Below the pieces are notes generated by a model. The model saw only the letters and a list, made by a program, of their open reading frames with translations. It did not search any database and was not told the origin of the DNA. Of a stretch of 64,000 bases of DNA, positions 1 to 8,038 are shown in pieces; position 1 is the stretch's first letter; each line of letters opens with the position of its first letter. This stretch comes from Candidatus Marinacidobacterales bacterium (GTDB lineage Bacteria; Acidobacteriota; Vicinamibacteria; Marinacidobacterales; DATDRI01). The position numbers and the translations under genes are program-made. The stretch covers positions 2,121,566 through 2,185,565 of the forward strand of contig CBDANW010000003.1 of NCBI GenBank assembly GCA_965197825.1, given 5' to 3'.

Positions 1-113
1 CCACAAATCAGCAGCTTAGACGCCCTTGGAATCCGCGCAGAATCCAGGGTATTTCGCGCCGCAGGGCTGACTTCCGACCCATGGGGCTGGCGGATGAATA
101 AATAGAAGGCACA
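1..113. repeat. Window-truncated copy of MITE-Y (deletion derivative of an IS481-like IS). It ends in the terminal 23-mer cggatgaataaatagaaggcaca.
   Basis: bp 1-105 are near-identical to 36437-36540. The terminal 23-mer recurs at 1855-1877, 20208-20230, 36675-36697 and 46766-46788, and as the reverse complement at 3501-3523 and 8039-8061. Confidence 0.5.
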
Positions 114-115
114 GC

Positions 116-500
116 TGACCCACTGGGCGTTCGAGTATTTTGACCAGACGCGTGGAAAACTTGACAGTACCAGAGTGAGTGATGCTCGTGAGGTCAAAAT
201 ACTCATACGGCTTCCCAATGGTAGAAACGTAGCAACCCGCCAAGCCGTTTACGAAAGCGCACCTTGCGCTCGGACTGAGGTTGTGCTCCGCAAAAAGTCG
301 ATCCAGCGGTACGCGATCTTCCTTTTTGCGGATCACAGGCCGACCGGAGCGGGCGGGTCTTGGCTGGAAACCAATGGGAAACAGGGAAAACCAGGCAATT
401 CGGGGCCATTTTGGGTCTGATCTTGAGTTCGGTTGTATTTTTGGACAGGACGCGGTGCGGACGGGTGGCGTTCACCTGTAGCCCGCCAGGACACATCTGG
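116..500 (-). mobile_element. Decayed IS481-family element. Both terminal regions are juxtaposed and a 3' transposase fragment remains.
   Basis: 120-160 matches the IRL region 11620-11660 and 175-290 matches the IRR region 10464-10560 of the intact copy at 10464-11660. ORF 203..496 ends ...SERKVRFRKRLGGLLRFYHWEAV, matching the C-terminus of the transposase at 10477. Confidence 0.5.
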
Positions 501-520
501 CTGTCAAGTGTAACGCCTTG

Positions 521-1459
521 TTATGCCGTTCCGTCCTTCCGACTCCCAGAGATCGGATGCGCGTACACTAGGCCCCTCGTTTGCGCGGCCTTCACCTTGG
601 TGTCGATCATGTCGCGAAACGAGACATGTCCTTCCAAGACTAGGACGAGGTCTTCGCCGTCGATAAAGATTGTCTTGATAGCCTTTCCTCGAACGACGCT
701 GTCGATGACGTTGCTGCTGAATCCGTGAACTGACACGAAGAGGCCGCGCCCGTACATCTTGCCTTCGATCTTTGCGACGAACTGGTAAACGGGCTCGTTG
801 GCGGCTGAGATATCCTGCCACTTCGCCTCGACCAAGTAATGTTCGCCGTCGTACTTGATCGCGCCGTCTATCTGTTCTCCATAAGTCTTGAATGGCTCAG
901 TCACCTCGAGGGACTCGACTTTTGCCAGTTCTACCAGAATTCTCTCTAGAGCGTAGCCGCGTTGCTGGGGTTTCAGTTCACCCGCGTGCAGCCGCAGGAA
1001 CTCATCGAGCAATTCTCGTAGGTCCTTCTCGGGGCGCTGCCTCTCAACCTGTTGCCCTTCACGACGCGTTCGGTCAGCCTTGATCTTGGCGTCTCTAATC
1101 TCCTGCAATTGGCAAAGATGGGAAATACATCGCTCTGCTGTAGCCCGGTTGAGCTTCTTGAGTGTTTCGAAGTAGTACGGGTCAAATCGGTTCCAGGTGA
1201 CGAGTGAGCGCAACATCGCTCGGAAGGGGCCGAGTCCACTGTCCGTTCGCGAGTCCAGTCGCTCGAATATCACGTCGACCATCGCTACCCTCGACAGGCC
1301 CCGTTCTTTGAAATCCTCGATCTCGCGCAACTCCCTGCTTGTACAGTCGTGGTCTCGAAAAAATCCGAGGATGTCTTTGCGCGGCCAAAAAATCGCGAGG
1401 ACGCAGTCCTTCATGCATCCCTTGATATCTGAGGGGAACGACATTTTCCGAGCTGTCAT
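521..1459 (-). CDS. Mrr-cat (PF04471-like) restriction-endonuclease-fold protein with an uncharacterised coiled-coil N-terminal domain
   Basis: The C-terminal half carries the Mrr motifs: RGYALERILVELAKVE (G..FE), EQIDGAIKYDGEHYLVEAKWQ (D...E.K), GLFVSVHGFSSNV, TIFIDGEDLVLVLEG. ATG start at 1457-1459. The N-terminal 150 aa have no recognisable motif. Confidence 0.6.
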   Translation of the reverse strand: MTARKMSFPSDIKGCMKDCVLAIFWPRKDILGFFRDHDCTSRELREIEDFKERGLSRVAMVDVIFERLDSRTDSGLGPFRAMLRSLVTWNRFDPYYFETLKKLNRATAERCISHLCQLQEIRDAKIKADRTRREGQQVERQRPEKDLRELLDEFLRLHAGELKPQQRGYALERILVELAKVESLEVTEPFKTYGEQIDGAIKYDGEHYLVEAKWQDISAANEPVYQFVAKIEGKMYGRGLFVSVHGFSSNVIDSVVRGKAIKTIFIDGEDLVLVLEGHVSFRDMIDTKVKAAQTRGLVYAHPISGSRKDGTA

Positions 1460-1786
1460 CTGTCTGTTGAACGCATCGAATCGACCAGCATCACGGCTTG
1501 CCGTTCACCTGCGGCACGCCGGGCTGATGCAGGTCTTGAGTTCGTTCGTGTTTTTAGACACGACGGGAGTAGCGGTCGAGTGGGAGGCCGGTTGGACAGT
1601 CGCATTCTAAGCAGGGAGCACTCCTACAACTACAAACTGCGCGCTACATGGTTGACGCCGGAGGTGATCCGAGCGACGGCGCGGCTCGCCCAGGTTAGGA
1701 ACTGGCTGAGTGTGGAAGAGACTCTAGCACTCGTCGCCAAAGCCTAAGCCGCCGGTGACACTGTGATCTTGGTGGAGATCGACCCC

Positions 1787-1877
1787 GTCCTGTGCCAAAA
1801 CTCGGATCTTTCGAAATAGACCATAAATCAGCAGCTTAGCAAGTTCGGTGCGCGCGGATGAATAAATAGAAGGCACA
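1787..1877. repeat. Mini-MITE of about 90 bp: the MITE-A TIR segment fused to the IS-Y terminal 23-mer
   Basis: It starts gtcctgtgccaaaactcgg...cagcagcttag (the MITE-A end) and continues caagttcggtgcgcgcggatgaataaatagaaggcaca (the IS-Y end). This is the same composite as 36398-36697 with the interior deleted. Confidence 0.5.
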
Positions 1878-1883
1878 CCCCCG

Positions 1884-1968
1884 TGGACTTCCTGCGTCGT
1901 CGTTTTCCCATGGACGCCTCCAGACGCATTGTCGCGCCTCGGTTGGTGTCCACAAAACCCGGGCAGGG
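1884..1968. repeat. Solo terminal fragment of the IS3-family element found at 62460-63920
   Basis: About 85 bp near-identical to 63835-63920 (cctgcgtcgtcgtt.tcccatggacgcctcca.gcgcattgtcgcgcctcggttg.tgtccacaaaacccgggcaggg). Confidence 0.5.
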
Positions 1969-1996
1969 CCAGCCTCTGTGAATTTCGAGAACGCCT

Positions 1997-2728
1997 CTAG
2001 GATTCGAGCTTTCGGGCTCCGCTCGTATTTTCGGACACGACGTGGTCGGTGCTATTTGTAGTTGGAGCTTTCTGGGCCTTCTTGTCCGACGCTGTCGAAA
2101 CTAGCTTCTCGAATCGTTCCTCGCGGTCATGCCTCGCCACATACCACTCGTCAATCAAGTTTTCGATGAGTGAAATAAGTAACTGTGCCTCGTTGGATTC
2201 AACGTCAACGATGACGTTGATGTCTTTCTCCATATGCGCACCAATGTTGCCAATACTGCGAACAGCGTCGATTGCATTCCATGTGAGCTCGTCCACTTTC
2301 TCTTTGAGAGCTTTGACCTCATCGACTAAACGATCCTTACTGATACCCCAGAAGTCGCGAATCATGCCTTGGAGACAACGACGCGCAAGCGTCGCTGAGG
2401 CCTTCGGCGAAAGGGCAGCAATCAGACAGGCTTCTCCGTAGTCCTCGCGTATCGCGTCTGGCACATAACTTGGTAGCACCTTCATTTTGGCTGGCGGAAC
2501 GAGCTCCCAACTGTGGCGAACTTTCCCGAATGACTCATCGTCGCTGATTTGGATTTTGAATGAGTACTCGCCACATTTGGGATTCGGACACGAGGTGGCA
2601 GTCCAGCACACCGATTGTATGCCGTACTTGTTGCCGCGCCCGAAGTTAGAGCTGTTGACCGCGAAATTGTTCCCGCTGACCGTTGAGTAGTGGCCGCAGA
2701 AGGGACACTGGTACGGGAAAGTGCTCAT
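1997..2728 (-). CDS. DUF4145-domain protein with an N-terminal four-Cys zinc ribbon
   Basis: Zinc ribbon: CPFCGH...CPNPKCGE. The C-terminal WNAIDAVRSIGNIGAHMEKDINVIVDVESNEAQLLISLIENLIDEWYV matches the DUF4145 signature. ATG at 2726-2728. An in-frame ATG at 2768-2770 and a GTG at 2783-2785 are alternative starts. Confidence 0.6.
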   Translation of the reverse strand: MSTFPYQCPFCGHYSTVSGNNFAVNSSNFGRGNKYGIQSVCWTATSCPNPKCGEYSFKIQISDDESFGKVRHSWELVPPAKMKVLPSYVPDAIREDYGEACLIAALSPKASATLARRCLQGMIRDFWGISKDRLVDEVKALKEKVDELTWNAIDAVRSIGNIGAHMEKDINVIVDVESNEAQLLISLIENLIDEWYVARHDREERFEKLVSTASDKKAQKAPTTNSTDHVVSENTSGARKLES

Positions 2729-2768
2729 CTTCCTTCTTGCATCTTCCTTCTTGCATCTTCCTTCTTGC
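2727..2768. repeat. Three perfect tandem copies of the 14-bp unit atcttccttcttgc, plus a degenerate fourth copy
   Basis: Direct reading of 2727-2776. On the coding (minus) strand each unit reads gcaagaaggaagAT(G), a Shine-Dalgarno-like GAAGGAAG followed by ATG. The repeat abuts the start codon of the DUF4145 gene. Confidence 0.8.
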
Positions 2769-2934
2769 ATCCTCCTTATCGCCACTGTTCTCAGCTTTGA
2801 CGAGCGTGTCAGTTCCGGGATGGTGGGTGCTTCCGCAATTAAGTGTTGGCGGCCAGCCCCTAACCGGTCTGCGTGCTAGAGTTTGAACCAGAATTCCGAA
2901 GACACAGTTCTCTCATCGTCAGGGCCGAGCCAAA

Positions 2935-3370
2935 GTGAAGAATCGCAGATGTCTCAATCTCGCATGTCCGTTGCGGGGCAAAGTCAGTTCCGGAAACATC
3001 GTTCGCCACGGATTCTACCGAACCAGGTCCGGGAAACGCCGTCGATACCGGTGCGGCGAGTGCGGAAAGACGTTCTCCTCGACGAAAGGCACGCCCTACT
3101 ACCGTCTCCAACATCGAAGAGCTACTTTCGATGGGGTCATCGCTCTCAGAGTCGAGGGTGTCAGCATTTCCTCGATTTCCCGGATCAAAGGGATTGCCTG
3201 GAACACCGTCGCCCGCTGGCTCGAGAAGGCAGCCCAAGTGTGTCGTCGATTCAATCACAGAAGGATCGCTGGCTTCGCTGCCGAAGAGCTTCAAGCCGAC
3301 GAGATTCGCACGTTCGCGGGCAACAAGAAGACACCGAGTTGGGTCTTCGTTACAATCGAAGTCTGGTCTC
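2935..3370 (+). pseudogene. IS1-family transposase, N-terminal fragment (InsA-like zinc ribbon/HTH plus the start of InsB)
   Basis: CLNLACPLRGK...RYRCGECGKTF...EGVSISSISRIKGIAWNTVARWLEKAA...ADEIRTFAGNKKTPSWVFVTIEVWSRR. Beyond 3370 the ORF runs into an antisense IS256-like fragment. Confidence 0.5.
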
Positions 3371-3374
3371 GGCG

Positions 3375-3523
3375 GATGTGTCCCGAGGTCCGTGGAAAAA
3401 GAACGGCACCCTCCACTCCGTCATCAGAGTATCATATCAGGCGGCAACCTCCGCGTGTTCGAGAACCTCGCTCAGACGTTGGTAGCCGTCGATGCGTCGT
3501 TGTGCCTTCTATTTATTCATCCG
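3375..3523 (-). pseudogene. 3' fragment of an IS256-family transposase gene (duplicate of 24975-25100), followed by the IS-Y terminal 23-mer
   Basis: 3378-3500 is near-identical to 24972-25100. Minus-strand translation gives ...LRRIDGYQRLSEVLEHAEVAA. 3501-3523 is tgtgccttctatttattcatccg. Confidence 0.45.
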
Positions 3524-3594
3524 CCAGCCCATGGGTCGGAAGTCAGCCCTGCGGCGCGAAATACCCTGGATTCTGCGCGGATTCCAAGGACGTC

Positions 3595-3647
3595 TAAGCT
3601 GCTGATTTGTGGTCTATTTCAAAAGGGCCGAGTTTTGGCACAGGACG
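3595..3647. repeat. Terminal segment of MITE-A (ctaagctgctgatttgtggtctatttcaaaagggccgagttttggcacaggac)
   Basis: The same about 53-bp end segment recurs at 8291-8343, 17741-17795, 18019-18073 and 45900-45952, and in reverse complement at 1787-1839, 12163-12215, 19817-19870 and 23535-23590. Confidence 0.6.
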
Positions 3648-3659
3648 GGGTCAAACAGG

Positions 3660-3943
3660 TGCGCGAGCCGAATCCGCTGTGCCTCGGAGACCAGCCTGAA
3701 GAGGGCCCCATCGCCGTCGAAGCTCCAGGGGCGACCGGCCTCTACCAACTCCAAGCGCGGCTCGTCGTGTCGGGCGAGAAGCTGGCTGCCAACCCGGCCA
3801 TCCAGTGTCTTATAAGTCAGTTCGAGCGCGTCCGCTCCATACCACTGGGCGCTGACAACCGTGATGGGGCCGTCCGGCAGATGCCTCTGACGGTAGTCGT
3901 CGGTTGGAGTTCCTCTAGTTTCACACGGCGCTAGCGGACACAT
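3660..3943 (-). pseudogene. N-terminal stump (about 95 aa) of a large helicase-like protein, truncated by MITE insertion. It resembles the conserved N-terminus of SNF2/RapA-like defence helicases.
   Basis: MCPLAPCETRGTP...SFDGDGALFRLVSEAQRIRLAHLFDP is followed directly by the MITE-A sequence (VLCQNSALLK is translated repeat). The identification is from memory of the ...RLAHLFDP..(LPHQ) N-terminal motif and is uncertain. Confidence 0.3.
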
Positions 3944-3951
3944 ACCCCACC

Positions 3952-4117
3952 GGTGCTTCCGCCATCAAGTGTTGGTGAAATGACGCTAAAACACTACAGT
4001 GCATTAAGGTACAACCAAAATAGAGCTCGTGGCCTTTGCTGCGCGCTAAATGGAGCGTAAGCGCCTCTTTTGCAAAGGGATGCGTACACATCACCAACAG
4101 TGAACAGTGCAAGCACC
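3952..4117. repeat. MITE-B (166 bp) with imperfect TIRs ggtgcttccgccatcaagtgttggtga / tcaccaacagtgaacagtgcaagcacc
   Basis: Near-identical copies at 23759-23924 and 36756-36921. The ends are inverted-repeat related. Confidence 0.6.
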
Positions 4118-4344
4118 GAAAGCAGGTGCTTCGAGCTGCCATCTAGGTCGTTGCAGTTGCGGTGGTGGTGCTGACCGTCTACTCGGTGCAGGTCACGCAG
4201 ACCAAGTCGTTTGCATGATTACCAAGAAAGCTCCGCCGAGTATCGGCAGTGGGGTGCGATGGCGAACCATATACTTGGAGACGATAGCCTGGGAAATGGA
4301 GATGCCCAGCTTTGCAGCTCGCCAGTCTCCGGAAAATCCGGGGC

Positions 4345-4384
4345 GGTTCACTATTTCAAGAGGGCCGAGTTTTGGCACAGGACG
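4345..4384. repeat. Fragment of the MITE-A terminal segment
   Basis: ggttcactatttcaagagggccgagttttggcacaggacg. Confidence 0.4.
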
Positions 4385-4404
4385 CCGTTGTGGCGAACCT
4401 GTTG

Positions 4405-5769
4405 TTACGCCGAAGTGGCCACCTCGGGACGTACTTCCGCCGCACCAAGAATCCCGAACGACTTGTCGATGACTGTCGCCAAGCCGTCGCGTAACGGCGT
4501 CTCTCCGACGCCAGCCGTCAACTCCTTCAGTAGTGCCGCCACCGGCAAACCAATACCGACGATTTCCGCTCCCGCCCCGCCGGACAGCCGACGAATCCGA
4601 AGCCGCGTGCTTCTAGGTTCTTCAGCCGTCGCCGGATACAGCAGCAGGGATGTCGGCACCCCACCCGAGGCTGTCGCCCCGAGGGCGAACGCATAAAGGA
4701 ACGTCTGGTAAATGTCGCCCTGATCGAACCCGCGCTCATCGTACAACTTATACTTTGCGTCGATCGCCACCCGGCAATCCGACTCTCCCCGCCGCTCGAC
4801 GACGACATCCGGGATGATGCTCGTGTAAGGACGCTGGCTCGAGACATTCCACACGACCGACTTGAAAGGGCTCTGAGACGTCACGCGATACCGGGCCGCC
4901 GGCAGGACCTGCTCGACGATTCGGGTAACAAAGCGCTCGAACAACTGGTTCATGTTCAGCAGAAACGAGAACGACTGGGCCTCACCGGGCGCGAACAGAT
5001 CATCGATACCCAGAGCGTCGAACAGCAGCCATACCAACTGGTGGGCCGTCTCGTAGTGCGCGTTCAACCGATTGTAGGTCATGGTTGTCCGCGCGCCCGC
5101 GAGGTTGAGCTGATTGGTGTCGCATATTGGCTCGAGCACGCCCCGAAGCCGCGAGATGCGGCGCTGCAGCCCGACGGAGGTGACCCGCGGAGACGCCACC
5201 TGTAGGGCCGCGGTCAGCAACTGGTTCTCGACGACATCGTGTTCCAACTCGTCGAAGCGGCAGATGATGCGGTCGAGCTGGCCGAATCGTTCGAGTAGCT
5301 GGCGGTCGCCGAGAATCCGGCCACGCGCTATCAGCAGGTCGTCCTCGCGTTCGACATAGCCTGACAGCAGGCCCCGTCGCAGCACCCGCTCGCTGGCCTC
5401 AACGAAGAGCAGGACGACGAGCTCGAACAGGCTATCACCGGAAGCCTCCAAAGTCGCACCGTCACTAAGGCGAATCAGCGCGTCGACCCCCGACGCGTAC
5501 TCGAGTAGCCGCACCAGCCCGAGCTGGTCGCCGGTCACCTTCGGTACGACCCGAATCTCGACGGTCGGCAGGCGCACAACACCCACCCACGACTGGGTCC
5601 GAACGCGCAGCCCCCGACGCAGTTCCTCGATCTGCAGCCGGTTATCGGTCGAGGCCGACCACTTCTCGACAACGGCGCGGTCCTCCTGTGTGAGTGCGAC
5701 GCCGTGGTAGAACTCACTCGTCCACTCAGTCAAGGGCCCAAGGAGCCGCACACCCTCCGGACCAGTCAT
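4405..5769 (-). CDS. mcrC: McrC, the PD-(D/E)xK nuclease subunit of the McrBC modification-dependent restriction system
   Basis: FSFLLNMNQLFERFV and PDVVVERRGESDCRVAIDAKYKLYD...GDIYQTFLYA are the McrC nuclease motifs. The ATG at 5767-5769 overlaps the mcrB stop (ATGA). Confidence 0.85.
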   Translation of the reverse strand: MTGPEGVRLLGPLTEWTSEFYHGVALTQEDRAVVEKWSASTDNRLQIEELRRGLRVRTQSWVGVVRLPTVEIRVVPKVTGDQLGLVRLLEYASGVDALIRLSDGATLEASGDSLFELVVLLFVEASERVLRRGLLSGYVEREDDLLIARGRILGDRQLLERFGQLDRIICRFDELEHDVVENQLLTAALQVASPRVTSVGLQRRISRLRGVLEPICDTNQLNLAGARTTMTYNRLNAHYETAHQLVWLLFDALGIDDLFAPGEAQSFSFLLNMNQLFERFVTRIVEQVLPAARYRVTSQSPFKSVVWNVSSQRPYTSIIPDVVVERRGESDCRVAIDAKYKLYDERGFDQGDIYQTFLYAFALGATASGGVPTSLLLYPATAEEPRSTRLRIRRLSGGAGAEIVGIGLPVAALLKELTAGVGETPLRDGLATVIDKSFGILGAAEVRPEVATSA

Positions 5770-7988
5770 GCCGACGAGACTCCACCTTCACCGAATTCCC
5801 GCGCCAACGCCGCAATCAGTTGCTCGGCGTCGTCAACCTTCTCCGCGTCCAGCGCGCCAGCGTTGGCATCGACCAGCTCACTGCCGATGAACTTCGCCAG
5901 CGTCGCGTACTCGTCGTAGCAGTACTCCTGGAGCAGCGGCAGAATTTCCTCTCGGAACCGGGCCGCGAACTCCTCGACCTCGTCCACCGGCTGACCGTCG
6001 ACCAGCAGATACGAATGACCGACTTGTTTTTCGCGTCCCTCGAATCTGGCGATCCGCTGATTCAGCCCATCGAGGAAGTCATCGAGCGCGAGGTCACCGA
6101 CTACGGCGCCGTGCAGCAGCTCGCTGTCGGGCATGCACTCGAGAAACGCGAAGCGCCGTCGCAGGGCAGCATCAAGTAACTTGATGCTGCGATCAGCGGT
6201 ATTCATCGTACCCAGCAAAAACACGTTGAGCGGCACGCTGAAGGTCTCCTTGCTCTGCGGCAGGGTCACGGTGAGGCCACGCTTGTCTCGCTCGAGCAGC
6301 GTCAGCAGCTCACCCATGATCTTGGCGACATTGCCACGGTTGATCTCGTCTATAAGCAGGAGATACGGACGACCGGGATTCACCTGGGCGGCGCGGCAGA
6401 CCCTTTTGAAGACGCCGTCTTCGAGCGCCAGCGACAACCCGCCAGCTCCGCTAGAGTCAGGACGAAACCCTTCGATGAAATCCTCGTATGTGTAGGACGG
6501 ATGAAACGTCATGCGGGTCAGCTGGCCCACGCTGGCCGTCGTGCCCGAATCACAGGCCTGCTCCAGGATGGCACGCTGTGGATGACGTTCCGCCAGCTGC
6601 ATGAAGAGGTGCTCAGCTTCGGTCTCCGTCAGCGCGAAGAGCGTGCCCTGGTTGTTGAACCGTATCGGCTCACTCTGCGCCATTACCGCGTCTTGCGTCA
6701 GCTCGGCATGGCTCAGTCCTCGGTCGAGTTGCTCAACAGGCTCTAGCCCAATAGTTGGTGAGTTGTCGCCGACGCTCTGGAACTCCCGACTCACCCGTGC
6801 AAGGGCTACGACGCGCTTGTCGGGCGTACTCTGGTACCCGATTACTAGATCACCCCGTTGTACCAGCGGATAGTTTCGTTTGAGGCGACCGTATCTATAG
6901 TCGGCTTTGCCGTCCCGAAAGAGCTGGTCCCAGCTCCACTCCTTCCGGTTGGCCACCGCCCACCAGACCCGCGACGACAGGTGGGAGGTCGAGAGCTCAC
7001 GCTCCGCCTCGCGCAGACGATCAGAATCGCCAAGCACCGCGTCGGCCTTCTCGTGGCCGATCTGTCTCAACAACCACCAGACCGCGAATCGCCTGGCCTT
7101 GTAGGTCTTTCCTGTTCCCGGTGGCCCATACAAAATGAGCTGACCTTTGCGCTCGAGCGCCGTGGCGAGGCGCCCGTACAAAGGATCGACCACCATCGGT
7201 TCGCGCTCCTTGCCGCCCACGATGGTCCTCAGCAGCGTGTCAGGCACTTTGGCGATCGTTGCGGTTGCCCAGCGCTTCTGTGGCACCACACTTTGCTCGT
7301 AGGTCGTATCCCATTTAACCGCCACCGTGTGCCGGTATTCGGAACGCTCATCGGCCCATCGATATCCCGGTTCGACGACCGCTCCCAGGGCAAGCACTCG
7401 GCTGATACCTCGATTGGCTACGACGAGGTCGCCGGGCTCCAGCTCGTTAAGCGTCCACAGCTGGTTGCCCTTCCGTTTCGCCTGGACGGGCCCCTTGTAG
7501 GGGTAAGCCTCCTCGAACCGAATATGGAATAACTCCTTTGATTCAAACTGCGAGAGATCGCCCACTTCATCCCAGCCGACGCAGATGTAGCCCTCCCGCA
7601 AGCAATCCTCCCAGAACCGCGCATCCTTTCCTGGTTCAATCTTCAACACCCGCCTCGTCTCACGAGGATCGCGCCACTTGTATAGCAGTCGCTGCAGCTC
7701 CTCAGTGTTCCAGCCCTCCACCGCACGTTCGCGCCGCAAGGCTGCAAGCACGAACCGATTCAGCGTCACTACCGACGACGCGTTGACCTCCTCCAAGGGG
7801 CGATCCAACGAACGCAGGTAATGTCGCAGGTGGGTGGTCGAGTAGACGGGCAGCACCTCCTTGGGGAAATACACGTGGAGCGACTTCAGTTTCAACGCCG
7901 GTCCGAGTCCTAGCGTCTCGAGCGCGTCGATGCGTTCCCACTCGCCACGCTCTGCTAGCTCGAATGCCTGCAAGAACTCGTTTCGCAA
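5766..7988 (-). CDS. mcrB: McrB-family GTPase (AAA+) with an unusual domain order: an about 105-aa N-terminal region, EVE-like domain 1, Walker A, inserted EVE-like domain 2, then the AAA+ remainder
   Basis: Walker A LILYGPPGTGKTYKARRFA. TFHPSYTYEDFIEGFRP, LLLIDEINRGNVAKIMGELLTLLE and LLGTMNTADRSIKLLDAALRRRFAF match the E. coli McrB motifs. EVE-like 1: FWEDCLREGYICVGW...EPGDLVVANRGISRVLALGAVVEPGY...HTVAVKWD. EVE-like 2, about 210 aa inserted between Walker A and the FHPSYTYEDF block: WWAVANRKEWSWDQL...LVQRGDLVIGYQSTPDKRVVALARVSRE...IGLEPVEQLDRGLSHAELTQD. TTG start at 7986-7988 preceded by gagggagg. Confidence 0.8.
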   Translation of the reverse strand: MRNEFLQAFELAERGEWERIDALETLGLGPALKLKSLHVYFPKEVLPVYSTTHLRHYLRSLDRPLEEVNASSVVTLNRFVLAALRRERAVEGWNTEELQRLLYKWRDPRETRRVLKIEPGKDARFWEDCLREGYICVGWDEVGDLSQFESKELFHIRFEEAYPYKGPVQAKRKGNQLWTLNELEPGDLVVANRGISRVLALGAVVEPGYRWADERSEYRHTVAVKWDTTYEQSVVPQKRWATATIAKVPDTLLRTIVGGKEREPMVVDPLYGRLATALERKGQLILYGPPGTGKTYKARRFAVWWLLRQIGHEKADAVLGDSDRLREAERELSTSHLSSRVWWAVANRKEWSWDQLFRDGKADYRYGRLKRNYPLVQRGDLVIGYQSTPDKRVVALARVSREFQSVGDNSPTIGLEPVEQLDRGLSHAELTQDAVMAQSEPIRFNNQGTLFALTETEAEHLFMQLAERHPQRAILEQACDSGTTASVGQLTRMTFHPSYTYEDFIEGFRPDSSGAGGLSLALEDGVFKRVCRAAQVNPGRPYLLLIDEINRGNVAKIMGELLTLLERDKRGLTVTLPQSKETFSVPLNVFLLGTMNTADRSIKLLDAALRRRFAFLECMPDSELLHGAVVGDLALDDFLDGLNQRIARFEGREKQVGHSYLLVDGQPVDEVEEFAARFREEILPLLQEYCYDEYATLAKFIGSELVDANAGALDAEKVDDAEQLIAALAREFGEGGVSSA

Positions 7989-8038
7989 CCGGTCCCAAGC
8001 CTCCCTCTCATTCGAAAACGCCTTCGGAAAGTACCACC

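Noticed and set aside
2727-2776. Possible CRISPR-like array (the 14-bp tandem repeat) and the ccctgtt repeat array at 34742-34850
   Set aside because: The units are 11-14 bp with no or very short intervening unique spacers, far below CRISPR repeat and spacer sizes. No cas genes are present. They are better explained as tandem SD-ATG repeats and iteron-like binding sites.
2883-3934. Long ORFs 2883..3485, 2935..3597 and 3131..3934 as single genes
   Set aside because: They span junctions between an IS1-family fragment, an antisense IS256-like 3' fragment, the IS-Y end and MITE-A. Only the IS1-like N-terminal part (2935-3370) has coherent transposase motifs.
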